64,000 bases of DNA from Acutalibacteraceae bacterium (GCA_045603665.1 JAZUMO010000090.1:3503-67502), one strand, 5' to 3'; positions 9,629 to 19,912 are shown, counted from the stretch's first letter. Notes: generated by a model from the sequence alone, not told the origin. Made by a program: numbers and translations.

Positions 9629-12037
9629 TTATTTTACAACAATATTTACGAGTCTTCCCTTGACATAAAGCTCCTTGACAATTGTTTTACCTGCGATTTC
9701 AGAAGCAATCTTTTCATCAGCCTTTGCAAGTGCAATTGCATCAGCAGCTTCAATATCAGCGGCAACATTGATTTTTACCTTAACCTTACCGTTGATCTGA
9801 ACAACGATTTCGATTTCATCGTCAACGCACTTTGCTTCATCAAAGGTGGGCCACTGAGTTTCAGCGAGCATTCCGCTGTCAGCAAAAACAATGGAATTGA
9901 TTTCCTCAGTTACGTGAGGAGCAAAGGGATTCACAAGAAGAAGAAGTGTTTTAAGCTCTGCCTTATTGATTGATCCCTTGTTATAAACACCGTTGAGGAG
10001 AGTCATAAGAGCAGCGATAGCTGTGTTATATTTGAGTGCTTCGATATCTTCGGTAACCTTTTTAACTGTCTTGTGGAAGGATGAAGAAAGCTCGGCAGAA
10101 TATTCGTCACCGTCAGTAAGAATTTCCTGAAGATTCCAGATACGGTCAACAAAGCGCTTACAGCCCTTAACTGAGCTTTCTGACCAGGGAGCAGCCTGCT
10201 CATAGTCACCCATAAAGAGTACATATGTACGAAGAACATCTGCACCGTAAACATCAACAACCTCGTTGGGGTCGATAACATTACCGCGTGACTTACTCAT
10301 CTTTACGCCGTCAGGTCCGAGAATAAGACCCTGGGCTGTTCTCTTTGCATAAGGCACAGCACATGGAACTGCACCGATGTCATAAAGGAACTTATGCCAG
10401 AAACGGGAATAGATAAGATGACGGGTAACGTGCTCCATACCGCCGTTATACCAGTCAACGGGCATCCAATACTTAAGCTTATCCATATTTGCAAGCTCGT
10501 TATCGTTATGAGGATCGATATAACGAAGGAAGTACCAGGATGAGCCTGCCCACTGAGGCATTGTGTCTGTCTCTCTCTTTGCTGCGCCGCCGCACTTGGG
10601 ACAGGTGCAGTTAACAAAGGATTCGATCTTTGCAAGAGGACTTTCACCGTCCTGACCGGGTTCAAAGTTTTCAACCTCGGGAAGCTTGAGAGGAAGCTCA
10701 GAATAAGGAACAGCAACCATACCACACTTTTCGCAATGGACAATGGGAATAGGCTCGCCCCAATAACGCTGACGGTTGAACGCCCAGTCCTTCATTTTAT
10801 ACTGAACACCGCTTTCGCCGATACCCTTCTTTTCAAGCTCTTCAAGAATACGTGCGATAGATGACTTTTTATCTGTATAGCCGTTAAGATAATCGGAGTT
10901 GACCATTTCACCGTCACCGGTATAAGCTTCTACGTCCATATCTCCGCCCTTGATAACCTCGATGATGTCAACACCGAACTTCTTTGCGAAGTCATAGTCT
11001 CTCTGGTCGTGGGCAGGAACAGCCATAATAGCGCCGGTACCGTAGCCCATCATAACATAGTCAGAAATGAAGATGGGAATTTCCTTGCCGTTAACGGGAT
11101 TGATTGCAACAAAGCCGTCAAGCTTTACACCGGTCTTGTCTTTAACAAGCTGTGTTCTTTCGAATTCGGTTTTCTTTGCACATTCGCTTCTGTAATTTTC
11201 AACGTCTGCGAAATTGGAAATCATATCCTTATACTTATCGAGTAAGGGATGCTCGGGAGCCATAACCATAAAGGTTACACCGAAAAGTGTGTCGGGACGG
11301 GTTGTATAAATGCGAAGAGTTTCTTCTGTATTTTTAACTGTGAAGTTAACGAATGCACCCGTTGACTTACCGATCCAGTTTTCCTGCTGAAGCTTAACGT
11401 TGGGAAGATAGTCAACCTCTTTAAGACCTTCAAGAAGCTTGTCGGCATATTCGGTGATGCGGAGATACCATACATCCTTTGACTTCTGCACAATGTCGCT
11501 ATGGCAGATATCACACTTGCCTCCCTGAGAGTCTTCATTGGAAAGAACAACCTTACAGGAGGGACAGTAGTTTACGAGAGTCTTGTCTCTGAAAGCAAGA
11601 CCGTTTTCGAACATCTTGAGAAAAATCCACTGTGTCCACTTATAATAGCCTTCCTCAGTTGTGTCAACAACTCTGTTCCAATCGAAGGAAAAGCCTACTC
11701 TTTTAAGCTGACTTGTGAATTTTGCGATATTGGTGTCAGTAACCTGACGGGGATGAATGCCGTTTTTGATAGCATAGTTTTCAGTGGGAAGACCGTAAGC
11801 ATCAAAGCCGATGGGGAAAAGAACATTATAGCCTTCCATTCTGCGTTTTCTTGAAATTACCTCAAGACCTGAATAAGCCTTGATGTGACCGACGTGCATA
11901 CCTGCACCGCTGGGGTAAGGGAACTCAACAAGAGCATAGAACTTCTTTTTGTCGGAATTATCCTGTGCTTCAAATACACCTGAGTCTTCCCATTTCTTTT
12001 GCCATTTTGTTTCGGCATTTCTGAAATCGTAATTCAA
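9629..12037 (-). CDS. leuS: Leucine--tRNA ligase
   Basis: HIGH-type motif (GMHVGH), KMSKS (VKMSKSRGN) and the CP1 editing domain. The track start at 12046 is a GTG embedded in the RBS GGAG. TTG at 12037 has 8-nt spacing (MNYDFRNAETKWQKKW). The exact start is uncertain; 12046 remains possible. Confidence 0.9.
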   Translation of the reverse strand: MNYDFRNAETKWQKKWEDSGVFEAQDNSDKKKFYALVEFPYPSGAGMHVGHIKAYSGLEVISRKRRMEGYNVLFPIGFDAYGLPTENYAIKNGIHPRQVTDTNIAKFTSQLKRVGFSFDWNRVVDTTEEGYYKWTQWIFLKMFENGLAFRDKTLVNYCPSCKVVLSNEDSQGGKCDICHSDIVQKSKDVWYLRITEYADKLLEGLKEVDYLPNVKLQQENWIGKSTGAFVNFTVKNTEETLRIYTTRPDTLFGVTFMVMAPEHPLLDKYKDMISNFADVENYRSECAKKTEFERTQLVKDKTGVKLDGFVAINPVNGKEIPIFISDYVMMGYGTGAIMAVPAHDQRDYDFAKKFGVDIIEVIKGGDMDVEAYTGDGEMVNSDYLNGYTDKKSSIARILEELEKKGIGESGVQYKMKDWAFNRQRYWGEPIPIVHCEKCGMVAVPYSELPLKLPEVENFEPGQDGESPLAKIESFVNCTCPKCGGAAKRETDTMPQWAGSSWYFLRYIDPHNDNELANMDKLKYWMPVDWYNGGMEHVTRHLIYSRFWHKFLYDIGAVPCAVPYAKRTAQGLILGPDGVKMSKSRGNVIDPNEVVDVYGADVLRTYVLFMGDYEQAAPWSESSVKGCKRFVDRIWNLQEILTDGDEYSAELSSSFHKTVKKVTEDIEALKYNTAIAALMTLLNGVYNKGSINKAELKTLLLLVNPFAPHVTEEINSIVFADSGMLAETQWPTFDEAKCVDDEIEIVVQINGKVKVKINVAADIEAADAIALAKADEKIASEIAGKTIVKELYVKGRLVNIVVK

Positions 12038-12076
12038 ATTTATCACTCCGTTTAATTAATTTACTTATTTTAATAA

Positions 12077-12433
12077 TCAGTCTTCCGTAATTACATCGGA
12101 AATATCAACTGTTTTTGCATCCTGCCATAAGCGTTCAAGATTATAATAATCACGGCTTTCGCCTGTGAAAACATGAACGAGAACACCCGTATAATCGAGC
12201 AGTATCCAGCCTGTGGCTCTGCCTTCGATATGGTGAGGCTCAACGCCCTGCTGACTCAGCTCGTATTCAACCTCATCAGCAAGAGATTTAACGTGGGTAT
12301 TCGATGTACCCGAGGCAATAACGAAATAATCGGCAACAATGGAATGCTCGGTAATTTCGATAACCTTGATGTCAATTGCCTTTTTCTTATCAAGGACTTT
12401 AACTATTTCTTTGGAAAGTTCAAGCTCTGTCAT
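12077..12433 (-). CDS. rsfS: Ribosome silencing factor RsfS
   Basis: 118 aa. Typical RsfS/iojap pattern (DYFVIASGTSNTHVKSLADEV...GW.LLDY..V.VHVF) and conserved position after nadD/yqeK. Confidence 0.9.
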   Translation of the reverse strand: MTELELSKEIVKVLDKKKAIDIKVIEITEHSIVADYFVIASGTSNTHVKSLADEVEYELSQQGVEPHHIEGRATGWILLDYTGVLVHVFTGESRDYYNLERLWQDAKTVDISDVITED

Positions 12434-13610
12434 AGTTTTCTCCTTTATTTATTACAAGTTCATTATAAAAGCTGAGGCTGTCGGGATGGATGGCTGTCTC
12501 TTTTTCGGAAAGCGCTTTAAGAGTATACTTTAAAGAATAAAGACAAGCCTCGTCGAGTCCTTTTTCAAAAGAAAGCTGTCTCATAACATCCACATCGGGA
12601 TAATTTCTTTCGGCGGAGATATAATCAGCCACATAGATAATCTTATCAAAAAGGCTCATACCCGCTTTTCCCGTTGTATGATAGCGTACGGCTGAAAGGA
12701 TTTCTTCATCGGTAACACCAAGCTCTTCCCTCAAATAAGCCTCCCCTGCCATAGCGTGCCACAGCTTCGAGTTTGCTTTTTCAGTACGGCTTAATATTAT
12801 ACCACCTTTCGCGATACATTTCAACATTTCTTCGTCATTTTCATTTTTCATTATATCGTGAAGAAGACCTGCGAAGTATGCTTTTTCCTCATCAGCTCCG
12901 TACTTAAATGCAAGAGAAACCGCACTTTCAGCTACATTCAAAGAATGTAAAAAGCGGTAATCGTCGAGCTTTTCCCTTAAAAGTCTCTTATATTCCATAT
13001 AAGGACCTTCATAAAGAAGATTAAGCCTCATATAATCGTAAACCTTGTCTGAGACAAAAATTCTTACATCTGTCCCCTCTTTAAGAGAATCTCTTACCTG
13101 AGTCGAGCTGCACTCAAAGGGCTCAATATCAGCAAGGATTATTTCCTCTCTCTCACTGTCAAGGCCCAATACCTCAGAAGCATAACGGGACAAATCCTCA
13201 GAGGATATACTGTCAAGACGTGAGGCAACGCAAAGAGTTGCCATTGAAAGGATATCCTCATATCTGAACCACTTATCAAAGCATAAAAGCATATCCGAGC
13301 CGACAATAAGGAACAAATCATCCTCGGGATAAAGCTTCTTAAGAGCCGTCATAGTATCAACAGTATAGCTTTTACCCTCTCTCAGAAGCTCAATGTCACT
13401 GACGGAGTAATAATCCTCACAGAACATAAGACGGCACATTTCAAATCTGTCTTTTCCGTCAGCGAGGTCATGTCCGACCTTATGAGGAGAGGTAAAGGTG
13501 GGCATAATAATGATTTTGTCAAGCCTTGCCCTTAATTTAATTTCCTCGGCTAATTTTTTATGTCCCTTATGAACGGGATTAAAGGTACCGCCGAAAACAC
13601 CGATACGCAT
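12420..13610 (-). CDS. nadD: Fusion protein: nicotinate-nucleotide adenylyltransferase (NadD) plus HD-domain phosphohydrolase YqeK
   Basis: N-terminal GGTFNPVHKGH (H/TxGH nucleotidyltransferase motif). The C-terminal half carries HD-domain motifs (HSLNVAE...LLHDIMK). One uninterrupted 396-aa frame. Confidence 0.85.
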   Translation of the reverse strand: MRIGVFGGTFNPVHKGHKKLAEEIKLRARLDKIIIMPTFTSPHKVGHDLADGKDRFEMCRLMFCEDYYSVSDIELLREGKSYTVDTMTALKKLYPEDDLFLIVGSDMLLCFDKWFRYEDILSMATLCVASRLDSISSEDLSRYASEVLGLDSEREEIILADIEPFECSSTQVRDSLKEGTDVRIFVSDKVYDYMRLNLLYEGPYMEYKRLLREKLDDYRFLHSLNVAESAVSLAFKYGADEEKAYFAGLLHDIMKNENDEEMLKCIAKGGIILSRTEKANSKLWHAMAGEAYLREELGVTDEEILSAVRYHTTGKAGMSLFDKIIYVADYISAERNYPDVDVMRQLSFEKGLDEACLYSLKYTLKALSEKETAIHPDSLSFYNELVINKGENYDRA

Positions 13611-13615
13611 TATAA

Positions 13616-14011
13616 TCAGCCTTTCTTTGCACCTTTGAATGCGAACTTTTTATTTTTTTCTTTTCTTAAAGCAAGCTGCTTTTCTCTTTGAAGCTTTGCA
13701 GCCTTTTTTTTATTCTGTTCCTTTTTGAGTGCCTTTTCCTTAAGCTCCGGGCTTTCTCTGTAAAGAACAATTACACCGCCGATAACCTGAATAACCTCGG
13801 CACCTGTGGCAGCAGCGAGTTCGTCGGCTGTCTGTCTGGGGGTTATTGATGATGATTCCAGAAGAACCTTGACCTTAATAAGCTCACGGGCTCGGAGTGC
13901 ATCATCTGTCTGTTTTATGAGAGCATCGGACATGCCGCCCTTGCCTACCTGAAAAAGAGGTTCAAGGTGGTTAGCCTGCGCTCTGAATGCTGCTCTTTCT
14001 TTACCTGTCAT
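13616..14011 (-). CDS. yhbY: YhbY/CRM-domain RNA-binding ribosome-assembly protein with Lys-rich C-terminal tail
   Basis: FQVGKGGMSDALIKQTDDALRARELIKVKV matches the CRS1/YhbY signature. The tail is KKEQNKKKAAKLQREKQLALRKEKNKK. Confidence 0.85.
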   Translation of the reverse strand: MTGKERAAFRAQANHLEPLFQVGKGGMSDALIKQTDDALRARELIKVKVLLESSSITPRQTADELAAATGAEVIQVIGGVIVLYRESPELKEKALKKEQNKKKAAKLQREKQLALRKEKNKKFAFKGAKKG

Positions 14012-14802
14012 TTAATCTGCTCCTCTAATCTTTCTAAAATTAAATCTATATCTTCTGTGCTTTCGTATATTTTTTCTTCTAATTTTTCAAACTTCTCAAG
14101 AATCTTTTCGTGCTCGTCAAGATAATCCTCTGTTGCGCATGGGTCGGAAAAATCAAAGCCCGCAGGGAAAAGTGAAATAGCTTTTTTCAGCATCCTCGGA
14201 TAAATTTTTGATTTGTTCTTTTCAAGATATTCGGCAGTTATTACACAATGCCTTGAATAATCCGTGGAAAAATATGCTTCAAATCCGCCCGAATTAACTT
14301 CGCTTACGAAGCCGTCACAGAGAACAAACTCCTTTTCTTTTTCGCTCAAAACATCAATATTTTCACCGAAATTGCATTTGCTGTGAAGGTCTGTTTCATC
14401 TGTTTTTTTATTTTTGTTAAGAGCGGTCATTTTCTTTACCGCAAGCCATTCATCATAAAAGCCCATCGCCCCGGCATATTCGTCCCAATCGTAGGTACAA
14501 AGTATAAATGTATTAAAATATTTAATTGCATTCTCTTTATCTCCGTTTTTCAGAAGATGAGAGCCGATGAAAAAAAGCGTATCACCGAACAAGTCAAGGG
14601 ATGAGCATTTCATAAGATACTCGGCTTCATCGGAATAGGCTATACCAAGCTCTCTCTTAAATCTGATAAGATGCTCATAAACCTGAATTTTTTCCAAATC
14701 TTTTTTCTTTGACTTTTTTACGAACTCTTCAAGAAAAGCAACCGCTTCCTTTTGTTTACCTTCTTCAAAAAGAAGCATAGCCTCAACAGCTGAAGGATAC
14801 AT
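14008..14802 (-). CDS. Hypothetical protein with TPR-like N-terminal half and DUF4375 (DMP19-like) C-terminal half
   Basis: 264 aa. The C-terminal FVSEVNSGGFEAYFSTDYS resembles the NGGF.QYF core of DUF4375/DMP19. 4-nt overlap with yhbY and a 2-nt gap to rdgB. Confidence 0.6.
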   Translation of the reverse strand: MYPSAVEAMLLFEEGKQKEAVAFLEEFVKKSKKKDLEKIQVYEHLIRFKRELGIAYSDEAEYLMKCSSLDLFGDTLFFIGSHLLKNGDKENAIKYFNTFILCTYDWDEYAGAMGFYDEWLAVKKMTALNKNKKTDETDLHSKCNFGENIDVLSEKEKEFVLCDGFVSEVNSGGFEAYFSTDYSRHCVITAEYLEKNKSKIYPRMLKKAISLFPAGFDFSDPCATEDYLDEHEKILEKFEKLEEKIYESTEDIDLILERLEEQIK

Positions 14803-14804
14803 AT

Positions 14805-15398
14805 TTATTCCTCTTTTCCGAATTTAAGCTGAAGCTCTTTAAGTGCATTGCCTCTGTGGCTGATAGCATCCTTTTCCTCAGCGGTCATTTCGGCAAGACT
14901 TCTGTCCCCTACCATAAACACGGGGTCATAACCGAAGCCGTTTTCGCCCTTCTTTTCATAGCCGATTTTACCGTGGCATTTACCCTCGGCGATGATTTCC
15001 TTGCCGTCAGGAAAGCTCACGCAGATTGCGCAGGCAAAATGCGCTATTCTTTTTTCGTCGGGTACAGCTTCAAGCTTTTCAAGAAGCTTCATAATGTTGC
15101 CCTCGTCATCTCCGTGTACACCGCTGTAGCGTGCCGAATAAACCCCCGGCTCACCGCCTAAGGCATCGACACAAAGTCCGCTGTCATCGGCAATACAGAT
15201 AAGTCCGCTTTCCTTACATCCGCTTTCGGATTTAATACGGGCGTTTTCCATAAAGGTTGTACCCGTTTCCTCAACATCCGTAAGCTCAATACCGATATCT
15301 GTATCGTTAACAACCTCGTAACCCATAGGTGAAAGAATACGGGACATTTCAGTAAGCTTATGCTTATTATGGGTGGCTATAAGAATTTTCATTCTCAT
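14805..15398 (-). CDS. rdgB: dITP/XTP pyrophosphatase (Ham1/RdgB family)
   Basis: ATHNKHKLTE, EETG.TF.ENA, FGYDPVF and SHRG motifs. Confidence 0.9.
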   Translation of the reverse strand: MRMKILIATHNKHKLTEMSRILSPMGYEVVNDTDIGIELTDVEETGTTFMENARIKSESGCKESGLICIADDSGLCVDALGGEPGVYSARYSGVHGDDEGNIMKLLEKLEAVPDEKRIAHFACAICVSFPDGKEIIAEGKCHGKIGYEKKGENGFGYDPVFMVGDRSLAEMTAEEKDAISHRGNALKELQLKFGKEE

Positions 15399-16324
15399 TC
15401 CTCCTCAACGCTTGATGTATCCTCAAAGAGAGCCTTTGCGAAAACCTTTGGCTTGAAGGGCTGAAGATCGTCAATCTGCTCACCGACACCGATAAACTTA
15501 ACAGGAAGCTTAAGCTCGTTTTTAATTGCGAGAACGACACCGCCTCTTGCGGTACCGTCAAGCTTTGTAAGAGCAATACCCGTAAGCTCGGCAACATTCA
15601 TAAATTCCTTTGCCTGGTTAACGGCATTCTGACCTGTTGTGGCATCGAGAACGAGAAGAATTTCACGGTCAGCATAGGGAAGCTCTTTTTCAACAACACG
15701 GTAAATCTTAGCAAGCTCGTCCATAAGGTTTTTCTTGTTATGGAGTCTGCCAGCCGTGTCGCAGATAATTATATCGCAATCACGGGAAATACCTGCACTG
15801 ATAGTGTCGTAGACAACAGCGGCAGGGTCAGCACCCTCTTTATGCTTTACAATGTCAACTCCGGCTCTGTCTGCCCATACCTCAAGCTGCTCAATAGCGG
15901 CTGCACGGAAGGTATCGGCTGCACCGAGGATAACCTTTTTACCTTCCTTTTTGTACATAGCGGCAAGCTTGCCGATGGTTGTGGTTTTACCTACACCGTT
16001 TACACCGATTACAAGAATGATAGAGGGAATGGTGATAAGTCCCATATCCTCACCGCCGTCAATCATATCAGCAACGATATCAGCAATAATCATCTTTGCG
16101 TGCTTGGGGTTGCGAACCTCGTTTTTATTGACTCTTTTACGTAACTCTTCAACTATATCCGTAGCTGTCTTAACACCTACGTCGCCCATAATGAGAGCTT
16201 CCTCAAGGTCGTCAAACAAATCGTCGGTGATTTCCTCGTATGCTCCGAGAACGTCCTCGATTCTGCCTGTCATACCTTCTCTTGTCTTTTTAAGTCCGAA
16301 CCCGAACTTTTTAAAAATACCCAT
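15395..16324 (-). CDS. ftsY: Signal recognition particle receptor FtsY
   Basis: SRP-GTPase NG domain: GVNGVGKTTTIGKLA, DTAGR, TKLDGTARGG. Confidence 0.92.
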   Translation of the reverse strand: MGIFKKFGFGLKKTREGMTGRIEDVLGAYEEITDDLFDDLEEALIMGDVGVKTATDIVEELRKRVNKNEVRNPKHAKMIIADIVADMIDGGEDMGLITIPSIILVIGVNGVGKTTTIGKLAAMYKKEGKKVILGAADTFRAAAIEQLEVWADRAGVDIVKHKEGADPAAVVYDTISAGISRDCDIIICDTAGRLHNKKNLMDELAKIYRVVEKELPYADREILLVLDATTGQNAVNQAKEFMNVAELTGIALTKLDGTARGGVVLAIKNELKLPVKFIGVGEQIDDLQPFKPKVFAKALFEDTSSVEEE

Positions 16325-16336
16325 CTGTTTTACTCC

Positions 16337-19300
16337 TTATTCAGTAATTCCAAGTGTTTTTGCAAGCTCAGCGGTTTTCAGCTCAAGAAGCTTTGAAACA
16401 CCCTGCTCCTGCATTGTTATGCCGTAAAGCATATCAGCCTCTTCCATTGTACCTCTGCGGTGAGTGATGAGAATAAACTGTGTGTTTTCGGTCATTCGTC
16501 TTACATACTGTGCATAACGGGTTACGTTAACGTCATCAAGAGCCGCCTCAACCTCGTCGAAAATACAGAAGGGTGCGGGGTTAACCTTCATAATTGCAAA
16601 GAGAAGCGCAATGGCTGAAAGTCCCTTTTCACCGCCTGAAAGTGAGTCAAGACGTTTAACGTTTTTGCCCGGAGGCTGTAATTTGATATCAATGTTACTT
16701 TCAAGAACATCAGCGGGATCCTCGAGGATAAGCTCGGCCTTACCACCGCCGAAAAGCTCGCAGAAGGTTTCATTGAAATTATGGTTGATTTTTGTAAACT
16801 GCTCTCTGAACTGAGTAGACATTTTATCCGTAAGCTCACCGATGAGTCGGATAAGCTCTTTTTTGCTCTTTTCGACATCACCTACTTGGGTCGACATAAA
16901 CTCATAGCGCTCGCTTACTTCCTTATATTCTTCGATAGCACCGACATTTACCGAACCGAGAGCACGGATCGAGCCTTTGATTTCGTGAAGTCTCTTCTGT
17001 GCACCCTTGGGATCCTCGGGACGCTCTGCAACAGCCTCAGCCTCACGCTTTGTAAGCTGATATTCCTCAAATAGCTTTGAGAGAGTATCCTCGTAATCCT
17101 TGTTCATTGTCTCTTTTCTTTCCTCGAGACGGGCAAGCTCACCGCTGATTTTTTCTCTTTCGGCACTCTTTGACCTTTCAGTGAGACGAAGCTTTGAGGA
17201 ACGCTCCTCTTCATCACTTCTCTTTTTCTGCAGGGATAAAATCTCCTGACGGGACTTTTCAATTTCGGTACGGATGCTTTCAACAAGAAGAGTAAGAGCC
17301 TCAATTTCTTTTTCAATGTCAGCGTTTCTCTTCTTCAGTGCTTCAATTTCATAATCAAGCTGCTTGTCCTTGTCCTCGTGGTCAATAAGTCTTGCCTTAA
17401 GGAAATTGAGAGCCTGCTGACGGGCCGCAAGGTCCTTGTCAGCACCGTGGATATCCATATTGAGACGGGAAATTTCTAAAGCGATTTCTTCTCTTCTTTC
17501 GGAAAGCTCACTTCTCTTTTTGCCGAGAGACTCACCCTCAGCTTCTTTCTCCTCAATAGTCTTTGTAAGCTCACGCACTTTTTCCGAGGCTTCATCGCAG
17601 GAAAGCTGAATGCGGGCGATTCTTTCATCGGCACTGTTCTTTTCACCCATAAGCTCGTCCACTCCGCTTTTTGCTGTGTAGAACTGCTCACAGATAAGAT
17701 TGAACTGACCTTCAAGACGGATTTTTTCCTCCTGGGCAGCGAGAAGACTTTCTTTTTCGCTTTCAAGCTCACGGCTGATATGTGAAAGCTCCTCTTCAAG
17801 TTTGTCATACTTGCTCTGAAGCTCATTGACAGCAGAGGTAAGCTCTTTTTCCTTTTCCTTGAGCTTTTCGATTTCATTGCCTCGGGAAAGAATACCGATA
17901 TTCTGAATAGCAGAGCCACCGGTCATTGAGCCACCGGGGTTTACAACCTGACCGTCAAGAGTAACAATCTTGAAGCGGTGGGAATATTTTTTACCGATAG
18001 CAATAGCACAGCTTAAATCCTCGGCAATAACTGTTTTACCGAGAAGGGAAGAAATGATTTCGCTGTATTTGCTGTCATAGGCCAGAAGATTAATTGCGAT
18101 ATCAATATATCCGTAGCAATCGTCAAGGCCTTCCTCCTGAAGTGCTTTACCCTTGACTGAGGAAACAGGCTGGAAGGTTGCTCTGCCGGCATTTGCACTT
18201 TTAAGGAAGTTAATGGCTGCCTTTGCGTCGTTTTCCGTTTCGGTAACAATGTTCTGCACAGCATTACCGAGAGCTGTTTCAATTGCAACAGCATATTCTT
18301 CCTTAACAGATATAAGCTGGGAAAGTGTGCCGTGGATACCTCTTAAAGCACCCTTTTCACTTTCTTTAATTACCTTTTTAACTGCGCCCGAATAGCCCTC
18401 CATGCTCTTTTCAAGCTCTTCAAGCATCTTGATTTTAGATGTTACACGCTGAACATCAAAGGACTTTTCGTCAAGCTCCTTTTTAAGAGCATCAGCCTTG
18501 TCATCCTTGGTTTTGAATCTTAAGCTGTAGCCTTCAACAGAATTTGAAAGCTCCTCGATTTCCTTTTCACAATCCTTAAGTGCCTTTTCACTTTTTGATT
18601 TTTCGACACTAAGGCTGTCAACGGCTTCTTGTCTTTGAGCAATAAGAGAATCAATAACCTCTACTCTTGCCTTTATTTCAGAAATAGATGACAGTGCAGT
18701 TGAAACGGAAACACGGCAATCAGCAAGCTCTTTTGTAAGAAGAGCAACTGTACGGGCAATTTCGTTTGACTCGTCAAGAAGCGAGCCTCCTTCGTTTTGC
18801 ATCCTTTCAAGCTCTTCATTGACACTTTCAAGCTCTGCAACCTTTTCTGCACGGATGGTTTTAATCTGATTAATAAGCTTTTCTTCGTTTTCTATTTCCT
18901 TGAGAAGCTGATTCTGACTGCTTTCCGAATCATAACGGTCACGGGAAATTCTTTCAACAGTTTCGTTATTATGCTGAATGGAGCTTCTCAGAACCGCCTG
19001 CTCACTTGCGGCATTGGCGGCTTTTTCCTCTAAAAGAGAAATTCCCTGACGGATTTCGTCGATTCTTATGTTTATATTCTGCACATCAGCTATGCTTTTT
19101 TCGATCATACGCTCGATTTCGGCAAGTTCTTCCTCAGTCTGGGCATAATGACCGGAGGCGATAGTGATATTATCCTCCTGCTTACGGAGCTCTTCACGGA
19201 TTTTATCGATATTATAAAGCCACAAGCCGATTTCAAGCTCTTTTTTCTCTTCGGCAAGGACAAGGAATTTCTGTGCCTTTTCGCTCTGGTGCTTAAGCGG

Positions 19301-19912
19301 TCCAATTCTTCCTTCAAGCTCAGTGAGAATATCTCTGAGCCTTACAAGGTTTTCTTCGGCCTGACCAAGCTTTTTGAGAGAGTCGTTTCTGCGATAACGG
19401 TAGGAAGAAATTCCTGCTGCCTCCTCGAGCATATCGCGGCATTCCTTACCTTTTCCGCTGACCATATCGGCTATTTTGCCCTGACTGACCATAGAATAAC
19501 CGTCTCTGCCGAGACCTGTATCCATAAACAGCTCATGCACGTCTCTCAGACGGACATTGACTCCGTTGATTTTATATTCACTTTCACCCGAACGGTAATA
19601 TCTTCGGGTTATAGCAACCTCATCCGTATCAGCACCCTTGATTGATCTGTCCTTATTGTCAAGACGAAGGGTTACCTGGGCAAAGCCGTGTGCCTTTCTT
19701 ATTTTTGTGCCGTCAAAAATAACATCCTCCATCTTTGAACCGCGAAGAGATTTACTCGACTGTTCACCGAGAACCCATCTTACAGCATCGGAGATATTAC
19801 TTTTTCCGCTTCCGTTAGGGCCGACGACCGCCGTGATGCCCTTCCCGAAGGTTAGCACTGTTTTTTCAGGGAAGGATTTGAATCCCTGCATTTCAAGTGA
19901 TGTTAATATCAT
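16337..19912 (-). CDS. smc: Chromosome segregation protein SMC
   Basis: 1191 aa. N-terminal Walker A GPNGSGKSN, long coiled coils, a hinge, and C-terminal LSGGEK plus Walker B FCIFDEVEAALD. Confidence 0.95.
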   Translation of the reverse strand: MILTSLEMQGFKSFPEKTVLTFGKGITAVVGPNGSGKSNISDAVRWVLGEQSSKSLRGSKMEDVIFDGTKIRKAHGFAQVTLRLDNKDRSIKGADTDEVAITRRYYRSGESEYKINGVNVRLRDVHELFMDTGLGRDGYSMVSQGKIADMVSGKGKECRDMLEEAAGISSYRYRRNDSLKKLGQAEENLVRLRDILTELEGRIGPLKHQSEKAQKFLVLAEEKKELEIGLWLYNIDKIREELRKQEDNITIASGHYAQTEEELAEIERMIEKSIADVQNINIRIDEIRQGISLLEEKAANAASEQAVLRSSIQHNNETVERISRDRYDSESSQNQLLKEIENEEKLINQIKTIRAEKVAELESVNEELERMQNEGGSLLDESNEIARTVALLTKELADCRVSVSTALSSISEIKARVEVIDSLIAQRQEAVDSLSVEKSKSEKALKDCEKEIEELSNSVEGYSLRFKTKDDKADALKKELDEKSFDVQRVTSKIKMLEELEKSMEGYSGAVKKVIKESEKGALRGIHGTLSQLISVKEEYAVAIETALGNAVQNIVTETENDAKAAINFLKSANAGRATFQPVSSVKGKALQEEGLDDCYGYIDIAINLLAYDSKYSEIISSLLGKTVIAEDLSCAIAIGKKYSHRFKIVTLDGQVVNPGGSMTGGSAIQNIGILSRGNEIEKLKEKEKELTSAVNELQSKYDKLEEELSHISRELESEKESLLAAQEEKIRLEGQFNLICEQFYTAKSGVDELMGEKNSADERIARIQLSCDEASEKVRELTKTIEEKEAEGESLGKKRSELSERREEIALEISRLNMDIHGADKDLAARQQALNFLKARLIDHEDKDKQLDYEIEALKKRNADIEKEIEALTLLVESIRTEIEKSRQEILSLQKKRSDEEERSSKLRLTERSKSAEREKISGELARLEERKETMNKDYEDTLSKLFEEYQLTKREAEAVAERPEDPKGAQKRLHEIKGSIRALGSVNVGAIEEYKEVSERYEFMSTQVGDVEKSKKELIRLIGELTDKMSTQFREQFTKINHNFNETFCELFGGGKAELILEDPADVLESNIDIKLQPPGKNVKRLDSLSGGEKGLSAIALLFAIMKVNPAPFCIFDEVEAALDDVNVTRYAQYVRRMTENTQFILITHRRGTMEEADMLYGITMQEQGVSKLLELKTAELAKTLGITE

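Noticed and set aside
12047-12076. T-box leader upstream of leuS.
   Set aside because: Only 30 nt separate rsfS and leuS, which is far too short for a T-box (about 200 nt). No specifier or T-box sequence is present.
16588-19645. Numerous 60-165-aa ORFs on both strands inside smc. Similar ORFs occur inside topA, clpE, leuS and the ecf genes.
   Set aside because: These are shadow ORFs of long, well-supported genes, and those from the coiled-coil region are low-complexity Lys/Ser/Leu-rich. None has an RBS or a recognisable motif.
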